Source: an uncultured Gammaproteobacteria bacterium (GTDB lineage Bacteria > Pseudomonadota > Gammaproteobacteria > Steroidobacterales > Rariloculaceae). Taken from it: a DNA stretch of 64,000 nt. The translations under genes and the position numbers were made by a program. The notes under the pieces are model-generated. The model was not told the origin of the DNA and made no database searches. It worked only from the letters and a program-made list of their open reading frames with translations. Shown here in pieces: positions 1 through 9,776 of this stretch. Location of the stretch: assembly GCA_963744305.1 (NCBI GenBank), contig CAVUTF010000016.1:77373-141372 (forward strand), read 5' to 3'. Positions within the stretch are counted from its first letter, which is position 1, and the number at the start of each line of letters is the position of its first letter.

Positions 1-368
1 TCCCATTCTTCCATGAGCTTGCGATGACCAACATCGCGACGAGCAAGCTCGCGCGGATCAGCGGTGCGGCTGTTGTGCCCTTCTCTTACCGCCGCCTTTC
101 GAACGAGGCTCGCTACGAGCTCCGCTTCCATCCGCCGCTACGCAATTTTCCAACCAGTGACCCCGTTGCGGACACACGGCGACTCGTTGCCTGGCTCGAG
201 GAGTTCATTCGCCTGTGTCCGGAGCAGTATCAGTGGCTGCACAGAAGGTTCAAGGGCCGTCCTGCGGAGCTCGTGGATCTCTACAGACACAGGGATAACG
301 CGGTCGCCGAGCAGCGCCCGACACGGACGTACGTGCTGCCGAACGATCTGGAGAGGCCACGGATCTGA
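1..368 (+). CDS. lpxL: Lipid A lauroyl/palmitoleoyl acyltransferase (LpxL/HtrB family), C-terminal part; runs off the window start
   Basis: ATSKLARISGAAVVP...CPEQYQWLHRRFK matches the LpxL/LpxP C-terminal signature. Confidence 0.8.
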   Translation, partial: PFFHELAMTNIATSKLARISGAAVVPFSYRRLSNEARYELRFHPPLRNFPTSDPVADTRRLVAWLEEFIRLCPEQYQWLHRRFKGRPAELVDLYRHRDNAVAEQRPTRTYVLPNDLERPRI

Positions 369-397
369 GCTGATGCTCGAGCCCCTCGCGTGCGACG

Positions 398-534
398 GGC
401 CTTCGGTTGAACGAGGGTGGTGCTAGTATTTGCGCCAGGGGAGATAGCTAACAATGAGAAACCGGCGACCACGAACGGGGCGTTCGGTGTCTAGCTTGGC
501 CTTCAGTGGCGGCGCACTGATGCTCGCCGCGAGC
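398..534 (+). repeat. Promoter + signal-peptide cassette, copy 1
   Basis: Aligns by eye with 2208..2346 (ggccttcggt.gaacgag.g.ggtgcta.tattt...acaatga.aa.ccggcgac...); extended -10-like TGcTAGTAT. Confidence 0.8.
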
Positions 535-1497
535 ATCCAAGTGCCAGCGGCCGCGCATCACTCGACAGCGTTCTACTCGCAGGAAACGATCGAGCTCGAA
601 GGCGAGTTCACGGCAGTCGCATGGGTGAACCCGCACACGCGGTTCGCGCTTCGAACCGTCGACTCAGCCGGCCGCGAAAAGGTCTGGCGCATGGAGGCGA
701 GCGCGATTTCGGCGCTCGCGCGCCGCGGCGTCACCCGCGATTTGTTCAACGTCGGCGATCGCGTCCGGGTCGCCGGGCATCCGTCCACTCGCGATCCGGA
801 CGAATTTCAGTTGACGAACGTCCTCCTTCCCGACGGGCGCGAAGCGTCCTTGTGGCTCGACTCGCCTCCACGGTGGGCGAATTCAGCAGCGATGATCCGG
901 CGCGAGGAGCGCGTGGTCGATGCGGAGCGAGAGAATCGCGGCTATTTCCGGGTCTGGAGCGTGCCGCGGCCAAGCCCCGTGACGCCGCTGAAGCTCGAGC
1001 TCACCGCGGCCGCCGTCGCCGCGCGCGAGTCGTTCGACCTCAAAGACAACTTCGCGACGCGCTGCGGGCCACAGGGCATGCCCGCAGTGATGCTCGGCCC
1101 GCTGCCGTTCGAGATCGTCGATCGCGGTGCCACGATCGAGCTCCGCGCGGAGATTTACGACACGGTGCGCACGATCCACATGGACGTGAGCACGCCGCCG
1201 AGCGACGCACCGGCATCGATCCTCGGCTATTCCGTCGGCAAGTGGGAAGACGGCGATCTCGTCGTCACGACCACGGGCGTCAATTGGCCGTATTTCGACA
1301 ACATCGGCACTCCTCAAAGCAACGCCGTCGAGATCGTCGAGCGTTACACGCTCAGCGACGACCAGACGAGGCTCGATTTTCGCGTCACGGTGCGCGACCC
1401 CGCGACGCTCAAGGGCCCGGCCGAGATCGAAGGACATTGGCTAGCGCTGGGGGAGACGCTGGCACGTTTCGACTGCCAAGCGTCGCGCAGTCCATAG
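454..1497 (+). CDS. Exported DUF6152-family domain fused to a two-Cys partner domain
   Basis: Signal peptide then HHS, WVNPH, WRME; C-terminal RCGPQG, GYSVGKWEGDLVV-type motif, FDC. Confidence 0.75.
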   Translation: MRNRRPRTGRSVSSLAFSGGALMLAASIQVPAAAHHSTAFYSQETIELEGEFTAVAWVNPHTRFALRTVDSAGREKVWRMEASAISALARRGVTRDLFNVGDRVRVAGHPSTRDPDEFQLTNVLLPDGREASLWLDSPPRWANSAAMIRREERVVDAERENRGYFRVWSVPRPSPVTPLKLELTAAAVAARESFDLKDNFATRCGPQGMPAVMLGPLPFEIVDRGATIELRAEIYDTVRTIHMDVSTPPSDAPASILGYSVGKWEDGDLVVTTTGVNWPYFDNIGTPQSNAVEIVERYTLSDDQTRLDFRVTVRDPATLKGPAEIEGHWLALGETLARFDCQASRSP

Positions 1498-2127
1498 TTA
1501 GGGCGTCGCTGGCTCGAGCGGCGGCAGCCTGTAAAAACGACGGAGGCCCGGTCGTGCGGCGTCGAGGTTCGCGAGCGCCAAGTCTTGCAGCCGCGCGACA
1601 CCTTCCGCCCGATCCTGAACGGGCTCGTCGAGCCACACCGCACCAGACGAAATAACCTCGGGGTCGCGGCCATAGAACAGATACACGGCCATGTGGACCA
1701 CTGCTATCAAATCATCACCGCCGGACTCGCTCACCTTCTTTGCGAAATCGCGCATGTCGGTGAGCGTTTTCGCGCTGACTTCCTTGCGCACGGAGTCCAG
1801 CGATGAGCCGGGCCCGATCGCGGCCGGCCGAAGCAACAACACGAGGTCTACCTTGTTTGCCAACATCGTGTCGACGAAGTCTTTATCGTCCACGTCGGTG
1901 ACGGTCGGCACGAGGTCGTAGCTCGTGACCGCGTCGTAATTGTGCTCGCGCGCTTTGGCGACGAACTGGCGCTCGAAATCCGTCCTGAGCGCCGGATCTT
2001 CCGTGAGCGCGACGACGGCAAGCTTGTAGATACGGTCTGGTCGTCCTTGTCCGGACGCGGCAGCCGCGATGCCAAGAGCCGTGCAGATGCAGAGGACTTT
2101 GAGACTCGACATGAGCGAATACTCCAC
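1498..2127 (-). CDS. Hypothetical exported protein
   Basis: 209-aa ORF with N-terminal signal-like segment and normal protein composition. Confidence 0.6.
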   Translation of the reverse strand: MEYSLMSSLKVLCICTALGIAAAASGQGRPDRIYKLAVVALTEDPALRTDFERQFVAKAREHNYDAVTSYDLVPTVTDVDDKDFVDTMLANKVDLVLLLRPAAIGPGSSLDSVRKEVSAKTLTDMRDFAKKVSESGGDDLIAVVHMAVYLFYGRDPEVISSGAVWLDEPVQDRAEGVARLQDLALANLDAARPGLRRFYRLPPLEPATP

Positions 2128-2207
2128 GTTTCCGAACTGATAGTACGCCAGTCACGAGCCGGCCGGCACGGCATCAAAGGCCGACAGGTCAGACACCCGC
2201 CCCGGTT

Positions 2208-2346
2208 GGCCTTCGGTCGAACGAGCGCGGTGCTATTATTTGAGACTGGGGGGACAACAATGAAAAGCCGGCGACAACCGCGAATGGGGCGTTCGGTATC
2301 CAGCTTGGCCTTGATCGGCGGCGCATTGATGCTCGTCGGCGCGAGC
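2208..2346 (+). repeat. Promoter + signal-peptide cassette, copy 2
   Basis: Diverged copy of 398..534; extended -10-like TGcTATTAT. Confidence 0.8.
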
Positions 2347-3064
2347 GGCTCGCTCGAGGCGCAAGAGGGCCGCTACGAGCAAACCGACATCGAGTACGGG
2401 GCGCGCCTTTTCGGCATGCACTGCATCGCCTGTCACGGCGAGAACGGCGATCTCGTGCCGCAGATCAATTTGCGCAGCGGGCGTATTCCCGCGCTCTCCG
2501 AGCGATCGCGATCTTGGCGACAACATCAAGAACGGTTTGCCCGGGACGGCCATGGTCCCGACCGGGTACACGGATTCCGAAATCACCGCGCTCGTCGCCT
2601 ACGTGCGCAACATCGGCAAGGTCGATCTCGGCTCGATCAAAGTCGGCGACGCGGCGCGCGGTCAGGCGTTGTTCGACGGCAAGGGCGATTGCGGTAGCTG
2701 TCACCGGGTCCACGGCCGAGGGCCGCGCTTCGCGCCGGACTTGAGCCAGATCGGCGCGATGCGCTCCGCGGCCCAGATCGAGCGATCGCTGCTCGGCGCG
2801 CCGGGCGGCTTGATTCCGATCAATCGTCCCGTGCGCATCGTCACGCGAGACGGCACGGTCATCAACGGCCGCCGTTTGAACGAAGACCGATACACGGTTC
2901 AGCTCGTCGATGATCGCGAGCGCTTGCTGTCGCTCGACAAAGCTGCGCTTCGCGAATACACGATCCTCACGACGTCGGCCATGCCGGCGTATGGAGAAAT
3001 CTTCAACGAAGAAGAGCGAGCCGATTTGTTGGCCTATTTGCTCTCCTTGAAGGGGTTGAACTAA
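2260..3064 (+). CDS. Di-heme cytochrome c with putative heme-binding domain (frameshift near 2490)
   Basis: Signal peptide; CIACH in frame 1 and CGSCH in the downstream frame; SAMPAY axial-Met motif; stop overlaps the dehydrogenase start. Confidence 0.8.
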
Positions 3065-4716
3065 TGCGAAGACTCGCTGCCCTGATGCTGTGTCCGCTGA
3101 CGCTCGGCGTTCAGAATCTCGACGCGCAGGTTACGTCCGAGCGCCTGCTCGGCACGGCGGCGGAGCCACAGAACTGGCTGACGTACTCGGGCAATTATTC
3201 GAGCACGCGCTATAGCCTTCTCGATCAGATCGACGCCGGCAACGTGGAGGACTTGGAGCTGCAGTGGGTGTTCCAAGCCCAGTCGCTCGAGAAGTTCGAG
3301 ACCACGCCGCTCGTCGTCGACGGCATCATGTATCTGACGGAAGCCCCCAATACCGTGGTCGCGCTCGACGCCAAGTCGGGCAGAGCGTTCTGGCGGTACG
3401 AGCACAAGCCGTCGTCCGAGTCGCGGCCGTGCTGCGGACGCGTGAACCGCGGTGTTGCGATACTGGGCGGCACATTGTTCATGGCGACGATCGACGCGCA
3501 GCTGATCGCGATCGACGCGACCACGGGCCAACCCGCTTGGCAGATAGCCGTTGGCGACGCGAGCACCGGCTACGCGATGACGCTCGCGCCGTTGATCGTG
3601 GACGACAAGGTCGTGGTCGGCGTCGCGGGCGGAGAGTACGGCATCCGCGGATTCATTGCCGCGTACGCAGCCGATACCGGCGAAGAGGTGTGGCGCTTTT
3701 ATACGATACCGGGGCCCGGCGAGCCCGGCCACGAAACCTGGGAGGGCGGCGGCGACGCGTGGGAGCACGGCGGCGCCTCCGTGTGGGTCACCGGCTCGTA
3801 CGATCCCGAGCTCAACCTCACGTACTGGGGCATCGGCAATCCCGGACCCGATTGGAATCCGGCGCAGCGGCCCGGCGACAACCTCTACTCTGACAGCGTC
3901 GTCGCGCTCGATGCGGACACCGGCAAGCTCAAGTGGCACTTCCAGTTCACGCCTAACGACGATTACGACTACGACTCGGTGCAGGTCCCCGTGCTCGTCG
4001 ATCTGCAGACGCGAGGTTTCAGCAGCGGCAAGCTGATGCTCTGGGGCAACCGCAACGGATTCTTCTACGTGCTCGATCGCGCCACCGGTGAATTCATTCG
4101 CGGCAACCCGTTCGTCAAGGTGAATTGGGCGAGCGGACTCGACGAAAGCGGGCGGCCGATCGAGACGCCGCAGCCACCCGGGGCGGTGACGTATCCGTGC
4201 GTCGGCGGTGGGACGAATTGGTACTCGCCTTCGTACAGCCCGATCACCGAGCTTTTCTATGTGTCGGCGTGGGAGAACTGCGGCTCAATCTTTGGACCGG
4301 TCGAAGCCGAGTATCGACCGGGTCAGCGGTTCCTCGGCGGCCGGCCGGGGACTCCGAACCCCGGCGCGCCTGGCCTGCCGGGCGCAGCCGGGCGCGGGGT
4401 GATCAACAACTGGACCGAAGAGGCTGGCAGCGGCGCGGTCCTCGCGATCGACCCGCGCACGGGTGAGCAGCGCTGGCGATTCGAGCTGACCGACGTCACG
4501 ACGAGCGGCATCTTGACCACCGCATCGAATCTTCTTTTTGCGGGAAGCCGCGAAGGCCACTTCCACGCGCTCGACGCGCGCACCGGCGAGCTGCTGTGGA
4601 AAGCGAGCCTCGGCGGCCAGATGGCGAACGGCCCGATGACCTACGTGGTCGACGGCAGGCAATACGTTGCGGTTGCCGCGGGCAACGCCCTTTCCGTGTT
4701 TGCGCTCGGCGAGTAG
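3064..4716 (+). CDS. PQQ-dependent dehydrogenase, methanol/ethanol family
   Basis: NWLTYSG, FETTPLVVDG, vicinal CC-GRVNRG, GGEYG, GNPGP, YDYDS, beta-propeller Trp-docking repeats, GRQYVAV. Confidence 0.92.
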   Translation: MRRLAALMLCPLTLGVQNLDAQVTSERLLGTAAEPQNWLTYSGNYSSTRYSLLDQIDAGNVEDLELQWVFQAQSLEKFETTPLVVDGIMYLTEAPNTVVALDAKSGRAFWRYEHKPSSESRPCCGRVNRGVAILGGTLFMATIDAQLIAIDATTGQPAWQIAVGDASTGYAMTLAPLIVDDKVVVGVAGGEYGIRGFIAAYAADTGEEVWRFYTIPGPGEPGHETWEGGGDAWEHGGASVWVTGSYDPELNLTYWGIGNPGPDWNPAQRPGDNLYSDSVVALDADTGKLKWHFQFTPNDDYDYDSVQVPVLVDLQTRGFSSGKLMLWGNRNGFFYVLDRATGEFIRGNPFVKVNWASGLDESGRPIETPQPPGAVTYPCVGGGTNWYSPSYSPITELFYVSAWENCGSIFGPVEAEYRPGQRFLGGRPGTPNPGAPGLPGAAGRGVINNWTEEAGSGAVLAIDPRTGEQRWRFELTDVTTSGILTTASNLLFAGSREGHFHALDARTGELLWKASLGGQMANGPMTYVVDGRQYVAVAAGNALSVFALGE

Positions 4717-4751
4717 GGTCAGGCACGGGGTCAGGCACTGTGCCTGACCCC
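4716..4751. repeat. REP-like palindrome built from GGGGTCAGGCAC units
   Basis: gggtcaggcac ggggtcaggcac t gtgcctgacccc between convergent genes; related copies at 30330 and 40094. Confidence 0.85.
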
Positions 4752-4756
4752 GACGA

Positions 4757-5804
4757 CTACCTCGGCGGTGGGCCTTTGCGGACCGCTTCTAAATCGCCGG
4801 CGGCGCCCCGTACGATCAGATGCGTGACCGCGCCCCGAGCATCCTTGACGAACTCGAAGCCCGTTGGCGTTGCAGTCGACATGAAATGCGTTTCCGATTG
4901 CACGAGCAGCGGCAGCTTGGGCTCGTTCAGACCTTGCACGAACAACAAGTCCCCGGTGACCCTGACGACGATCTCGCGCCCCGGCGCGAGCTCATACGTC
5001 CCCGCGTAGGTCGCGAGCACCTCCGGGCTTACAGTGATCCCGGTGCCGCCGGACATTCGGGCGACGTCACGCTCGTTCTCGCAGACGTCCTCCAGGAGCT
5101 CGGTGTCCGGCACGATCAGCCGCTGCGTTTTCACCGTGAACGGCTTCGTGAAAACCGTGGGGTCGTCGATCGTGATTTCGAAATCCATGTGGCCGAAATC
5201 GCGACGCGTGAAGCGTTCCGTGACGCGCAGGGCTTCGGTTTGCGGATGTCCGGCGCTATCGAGCCAGCCCCTGTCGTTGAAGCCCGCCGACGTCACGACC
5301 AATGTGTCCCCCTCCCATCGCCCGACCGAGTAACCGAGCCAGGTCGGATTCGGGTCCTTCGGCAGGTCGCGGCCGTCGGTGAACACGGTTCGATGCGGGC
5401 TGTTGGGTGACTCGTACAGCAGCACCATGAGCGCCGGGGTCTGGACGATCCGCATCAAGTTGAAGAAATCGTGAAACGGAACGCTGACGGGCAGGCATCG
5501 CGCGAGCGGACTGTCCTTCCGCGAATCCCGCACGCGCTGCAGGAAGAGCTGCCTCCGCCCAGGGCTGAATGTCCTCGGGCGCGAGATCCTGAGCGATGTT
5601 GAAGCGGTAGAGAGGGCCGGCGCCTGTCCAGACGCCGGAAAGATCCGGCTTGCCGTCCGCGGTGCGCGGCGTGGGCGCGAGAAGATCTGGCTTGCCGTCG
5701 GGCAGACGCGGCGTTCCCGGCGTCGGGTAGTTGATCCACTGTGCGGTGGCAGCCGTCGACAGAAGCAATGCCACAACGGCTAGCGCGAAGCGTACCGGAG
5801 ACAC
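4757..5804 (-). CDS. Exported two-Cys partner-domain protein with extra C-terminal domain (frameshift near 5550)
   Basis: Signal peptide, PRTADGKPDLSGVW, ARCLP, GYSVGRWEGDTLVV, EDVCEN; C-terminal LATYAGTYEL domain (DUF3471-like). Confidence 0.7.
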
Positions 5805-6020
5805 GGATTCGATGCCATGGGGAACCTCGCAGGATCAATGACACACGGTCCGCGCGTCGTCAGCTCCGCGCTATCGTGCAACCGACCGCGGGATCATGCA
5901 AACCTTCCGAATTTCCTCGACCTTGTCGCCCGTCCCCATAGAGCGTCTACCGGCGCGATGCCGTATGCTAGGCGCGCACGAGTTCCCACTATTCGCGGCG
6001 ATGCTCGCAAGATCTGCGGA

Positions 6021-8470
6021 ATGCGAATACAACATTGGTCACTCGCCGTTGCCGCCGGATTGACCGCCGTCATCGCCGGCATCTTCATGATCGGCGGCGA
6101 TCCGTTGCCGCTGCTCTGGTACGCCAAACGCCGGACATCGGCCTGCTCGCTGACGCGGCCGCAGACCGCCGTGGCCCGTCATCGATCGCTATTGCGTCGC
6201 GTGCCACAACGAGATCGATCTCGCAGGCGGCTTCTCGTTCGAGAAGCTCGACCGCGAAGACTTCCAACGCAACGCCGAGGTCTGGGAAGCCGCCGTGCGC
6301 AAAGCTGCGCACCGGGCTCATGCCGCCGCTCGGCGAGCCGCGGCCCGAGCGCGCGGTGCTCGACGGAATGGCCGCGTTGGTTCGAGCACGAGCTCGACGC
6401 GGCGTGGGCGCGCGCGCCGAATCCCGGCGCGAAGCCTGCTCGCGCGCCTGAACCGCACCGAGTACGCGAACGCGATTCGCGACCTGCTTGGCGTACGACG
6501 CGAGGGCGATCGCGAGCGCGCTGCCGCCCGACGCGTCCGTCGGCGGCTTCGACAACAACGCGTCTGCGCTCAGCGTGTCGCCGACGCTGCTCGAAGGCTA
6601 CGCGCAGCCGCGATGCAGATCGGCCGCCGCGCGGTCGGCGACCGCTCGATGGGCCACGGCGAGGTGCGCTACACGGCGTGTCGGGCGGCCGGCGCAGCAG
6701 CGGCACATCGAAGGTTTGCCGCTCGGCACTCGCGGCGGCCTCGCCGTCGAGCACACGTTCCCGCTCGACGCCGAGTACGAGTTCGTCGTGTCGGCAGCGC
6801 TTCCGGCCGCCGGCTGGGAAAACCCGACCGGGCAAGATGGTCTAGTGCAACGGGCCGACGGTGGACATCACGTTCAACGGCGCGCCGCTTCGCGGTGGAT
6901 GATCACGCGGCGCTTCCGTCTGCGCGTGCCGGCGGGCCCGCAGCGCATCACGGTCGCGCTCGTCGACGAGCGAGCGCTGCGCCGGCGTCAACGAGCTCTA
7001 CTCGGGCGAGGTCGGCGCTCGGCGGCGCCGATGCTGGCGCTCGACGATCGACGGGCCGTTCAACGCGACCGGGCGTCGGCGATACGCCGAGCCGCCGCGA
7101 GATCTTCGTCTGCCGTCCCGGCTCGGCCGCCGAGGAGACGCCGTGCGCGGAGCAAATCCTCTCGCGCCTCGCGACGCGCGCATATCGCCGCCCCGTTCGA
7201 GCCGGCGGCGACGAAATCGGCGGAGCTCATGCAGCTTCTATCGCAATGGGCCGCGAGGAGGGCGGCGACTTCGAGCTCGGCATCCAATACGCGTTGTCGC
7301 GCATGCTCGTGGATCCGCGGTTCCTCTATCGATTCGAGCGCGAGCCCGCGGAGCTTGCCGTCGGCGACGTCTACCGCATTGGCGACTTCGAGCTCGCGTC
7401 GCGCCTGTCGTTTTTCCTCTGGAGCAGCATTCCGGACGACGAGTTGCTCGCGCTCGCCGCGAGGGGACGGCTCGGCGACCCGGCAGTGCTCGCGGCGCAG
7501 GTCGAGCGCATGCTCGCGGACGAGCGCTCGGCGGCGCTCGTCGAGAATTTCGCGAGCCAATGGCTGATGCTGCGCGAGCTCGACGAGCGTCGTGCCGCAG
7601 GATCCGGATTTCGACGAGGATCTTGCGCGCAGCGATTCGCCGCGAGACGGAGCTGCTTGTTCGCCGACTCGTGCGCGAGCCGCGCAGCGTGCTGACGCTG
7701 CTCGACGCGGATTACACGTATCTTGAACGAGCGCTTGCGGCGCACTACGGCGTCGACAGGCGTGCGCGGCAGCCACATGCGGCGCGTCGCGTGGCCGGCC
7801 GGACAGCCCGCGGCGCGGCGTGCTCGGCCACGGCAGCATTCTCACGGCGACGTCGGCGCCGAACCGCACGTCGCCCGTCGTGCGCGGCCAGTGGCTCATG
7901 CAGAGCTTGCTCGGCGCGAAGGTGCCGACGCCCGCCGCCCGGCGCCGAGGCCGATCTCTCGGCGGAAGCCAGCGAGTCGGAAGGGCTCGTCGGCAACACG
8001 GTCCGCGAGCGCTTGGAGCTGCACCGCGCCAATCCGACCTGCGCGGCTGCCACGCGAATCATGGACCCGCTCGGCTCTGCGCTCGAGAACTTCGATCTGC
8101 TCGGGCGGTGGCGCGACAGCGAGGACGGGCACGCCATCGATGCCTGCGGCGCGGATGGTCGACGGCACGGAGCTGCGCGGGCCGCAGGATCTGCGCGCGC
8201 GCGCTGCTCGCGCGCTCGGACGTGTTCGTTGCGGCGATGACGGAGCGGCTAATGACGTACGCGATGGGGCGCGAGCTCGAGAGCCACGACATGCCGGCCG
8301 TGCGCGGCGTCGTGCGCGCGGCCGCGCGCGAGGGCTACACGCTGCGCGCGCTCGTGCAAGCGATCGTCGCGAGCGATACGTTCCAGAAACGCGTGAAGAC
8401 CGGCGGCGCCGTCGTGCCGACGCTGAGCAGTCCGCGACGGGCCTGCTGGCGCAGCGAGGCGCCGAACTGA
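6021..8470 (+). CDS. Planctomycete-type cytochrome c with DUF1587/1595/1592/1588/1585 domains (multiple frameshifts)
   Basis: YCVACH, RLNRTEYANAIRDL, ELASRLSFFLWSSIPD, NRTSPVVRG, ALENFDLLGRWR, RLMTYAMGR spread across frames. Confidence 0.85.
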
Positions 8471-8489
8471 TCTTGCGGAGGCTGCCGTC

Positions 8490-9776
8490 ATGCGTTACCT
8501 GACGAAGAAACACCTCTCGCGCCGCACGCTGCTGCGCGGCGCCGGCGTCGCGCTCGCGCTGCCGCTGCTCGAGTCGATGATCCCGGCCGCGGCGCGGCGG
8601 GCGTGGGCCGCGGGCGAGCCGCCGGCGCGCGTCGCGTTCATGTACATCCCGCACGGCGCCGTCATGGACCGCTGGATGCCGGCCGGCGCCGGCGGCGAGC
8701 TCGAGCTCGGGCCGACGATGCAGTCGCTCGAGCCGTTGCGCGAGCCGGTTGAACGTCGTCAGCGGCTTGACGCTGCCGGCCGCGTACGTCGGCGAGGCGA
8801 CGGCCGGCGCGAATCACACGCGCTCGTCGCGCTGCTGGCTCACGTGCGCGCCGCTCGACACGGGCGCGTCGCCGACGTCGGCCGATCAAGTCGCGGCCGC
8901 GCACATCGGCCAGGAGACGCCGCTGCCGTCGCTCGAGCTCGCGCTCGAGAGCGGCGAGTCGATCGCGTATCGCACGCCGACGACGCCGCTGCCGATGGAG
9001 ACGAACCCGCGCGTCGTGTTCGAGCGCTGTTCGGCGACGGCAGCACGCCCGAGGAGCGCGCCGCGCGCCAGCGGCAGTTCGCGAGCTTGCTCGACGCCGT
9101 CGCGGGCGAGGTCGCGCCGCTGCAGCGCGAGCTTGCCGGCCGCGGACCGCGAGCGCCTCGACCGCTATCTCACCGACATCCGCGAGCTCGAGCGCGGCTC
9201 GCGCTCGCGGCCGATTCGCCGCTGGCCGACCTCGACGTTCCCGACAAGCCGAACGGCGTCCCGGCGGATTTCGAGGAGCACGCGGCGCTGATGTTCGACT
9301 TGCTCGCGCTGGCTTGGGCCGCGGATCTCACGCGCGTCGCGACGCTGCTGGTCGCGCGCGAGCTCAGCAACCGCGTCTATCCGCGCAGCGGCATCACGGA
9401 AGGGTTCCACAACTGCTCGCACCACTCGGAGGTGCCGGCGAACATCGATCGGCTCGCGACGCTTAACGAGTACCACACGCGCACGACGATCGGCTACGTT
9501 GCTGCAGAAGCTTGCAGGGCACGCCGGACGGCGACGGCAGCTGCTCGATCACTCGCTCGTCGTCTACGGCAGCGGCATGAGCAACTCGAATCAGCACGAT
9601 CACGCATCCGCTGCCGATGCTGCTCGCGGGCGGCGGCGCGGGGCGCTTGCAAGGCGGGCGGCACATCCGCGCGGCCGAGGACACGCCGGCCGCGAATTTG
9701 CTGCTCGGCGTGCTGCAGCAAGCTCGACGTGCCGCTCGAGTCGTTCGCCGACAGCACGGGCGCCGTCGAGATTTGA
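8490..9776 (+). CDS. DUF1552 (HXXSHH) family protein (frameshifted)
   Basis: Tat-like SRRTLLRGAG, YIPHG, SADQVAA, FHNCSHH, YGSGMSNSNQH. Confidence 0.85.
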   Translation: MRYLTKKHLSRRTLLRGAGVALALPLLESMIPAAARRAWAAGEPPARVAFMYIPHGAVMDRWMPAGAGGELELGPTMQSLEPLREPVERRQRLDAAGRVRRRGDGRRESHALVALLAHVRAARHGRVADVGRSSRGRAHRPGDAAAVARARARERRVDRVSHADDAAADGDEPARRVRALFGDGSTPEERAARQRQFASLLDAVAGEVAPLQRELAGRGPRAPRPLSHRHPRARARLALAADSPLADLDVPDKPNGVPADFEEHAALMFDLLALAWAADLTRVATLLVARELSNRVYPRSGITEGFHNCSHHSEVPANIDRLATLNEYHTRTTIGYVAAEACRARRTATAAARSLARRLRQRHEQLESARSRIRCRCCSRAAARGACKAGGTSARPRTRRPRICCSACCSKLDVPLESFADSTGAVEI

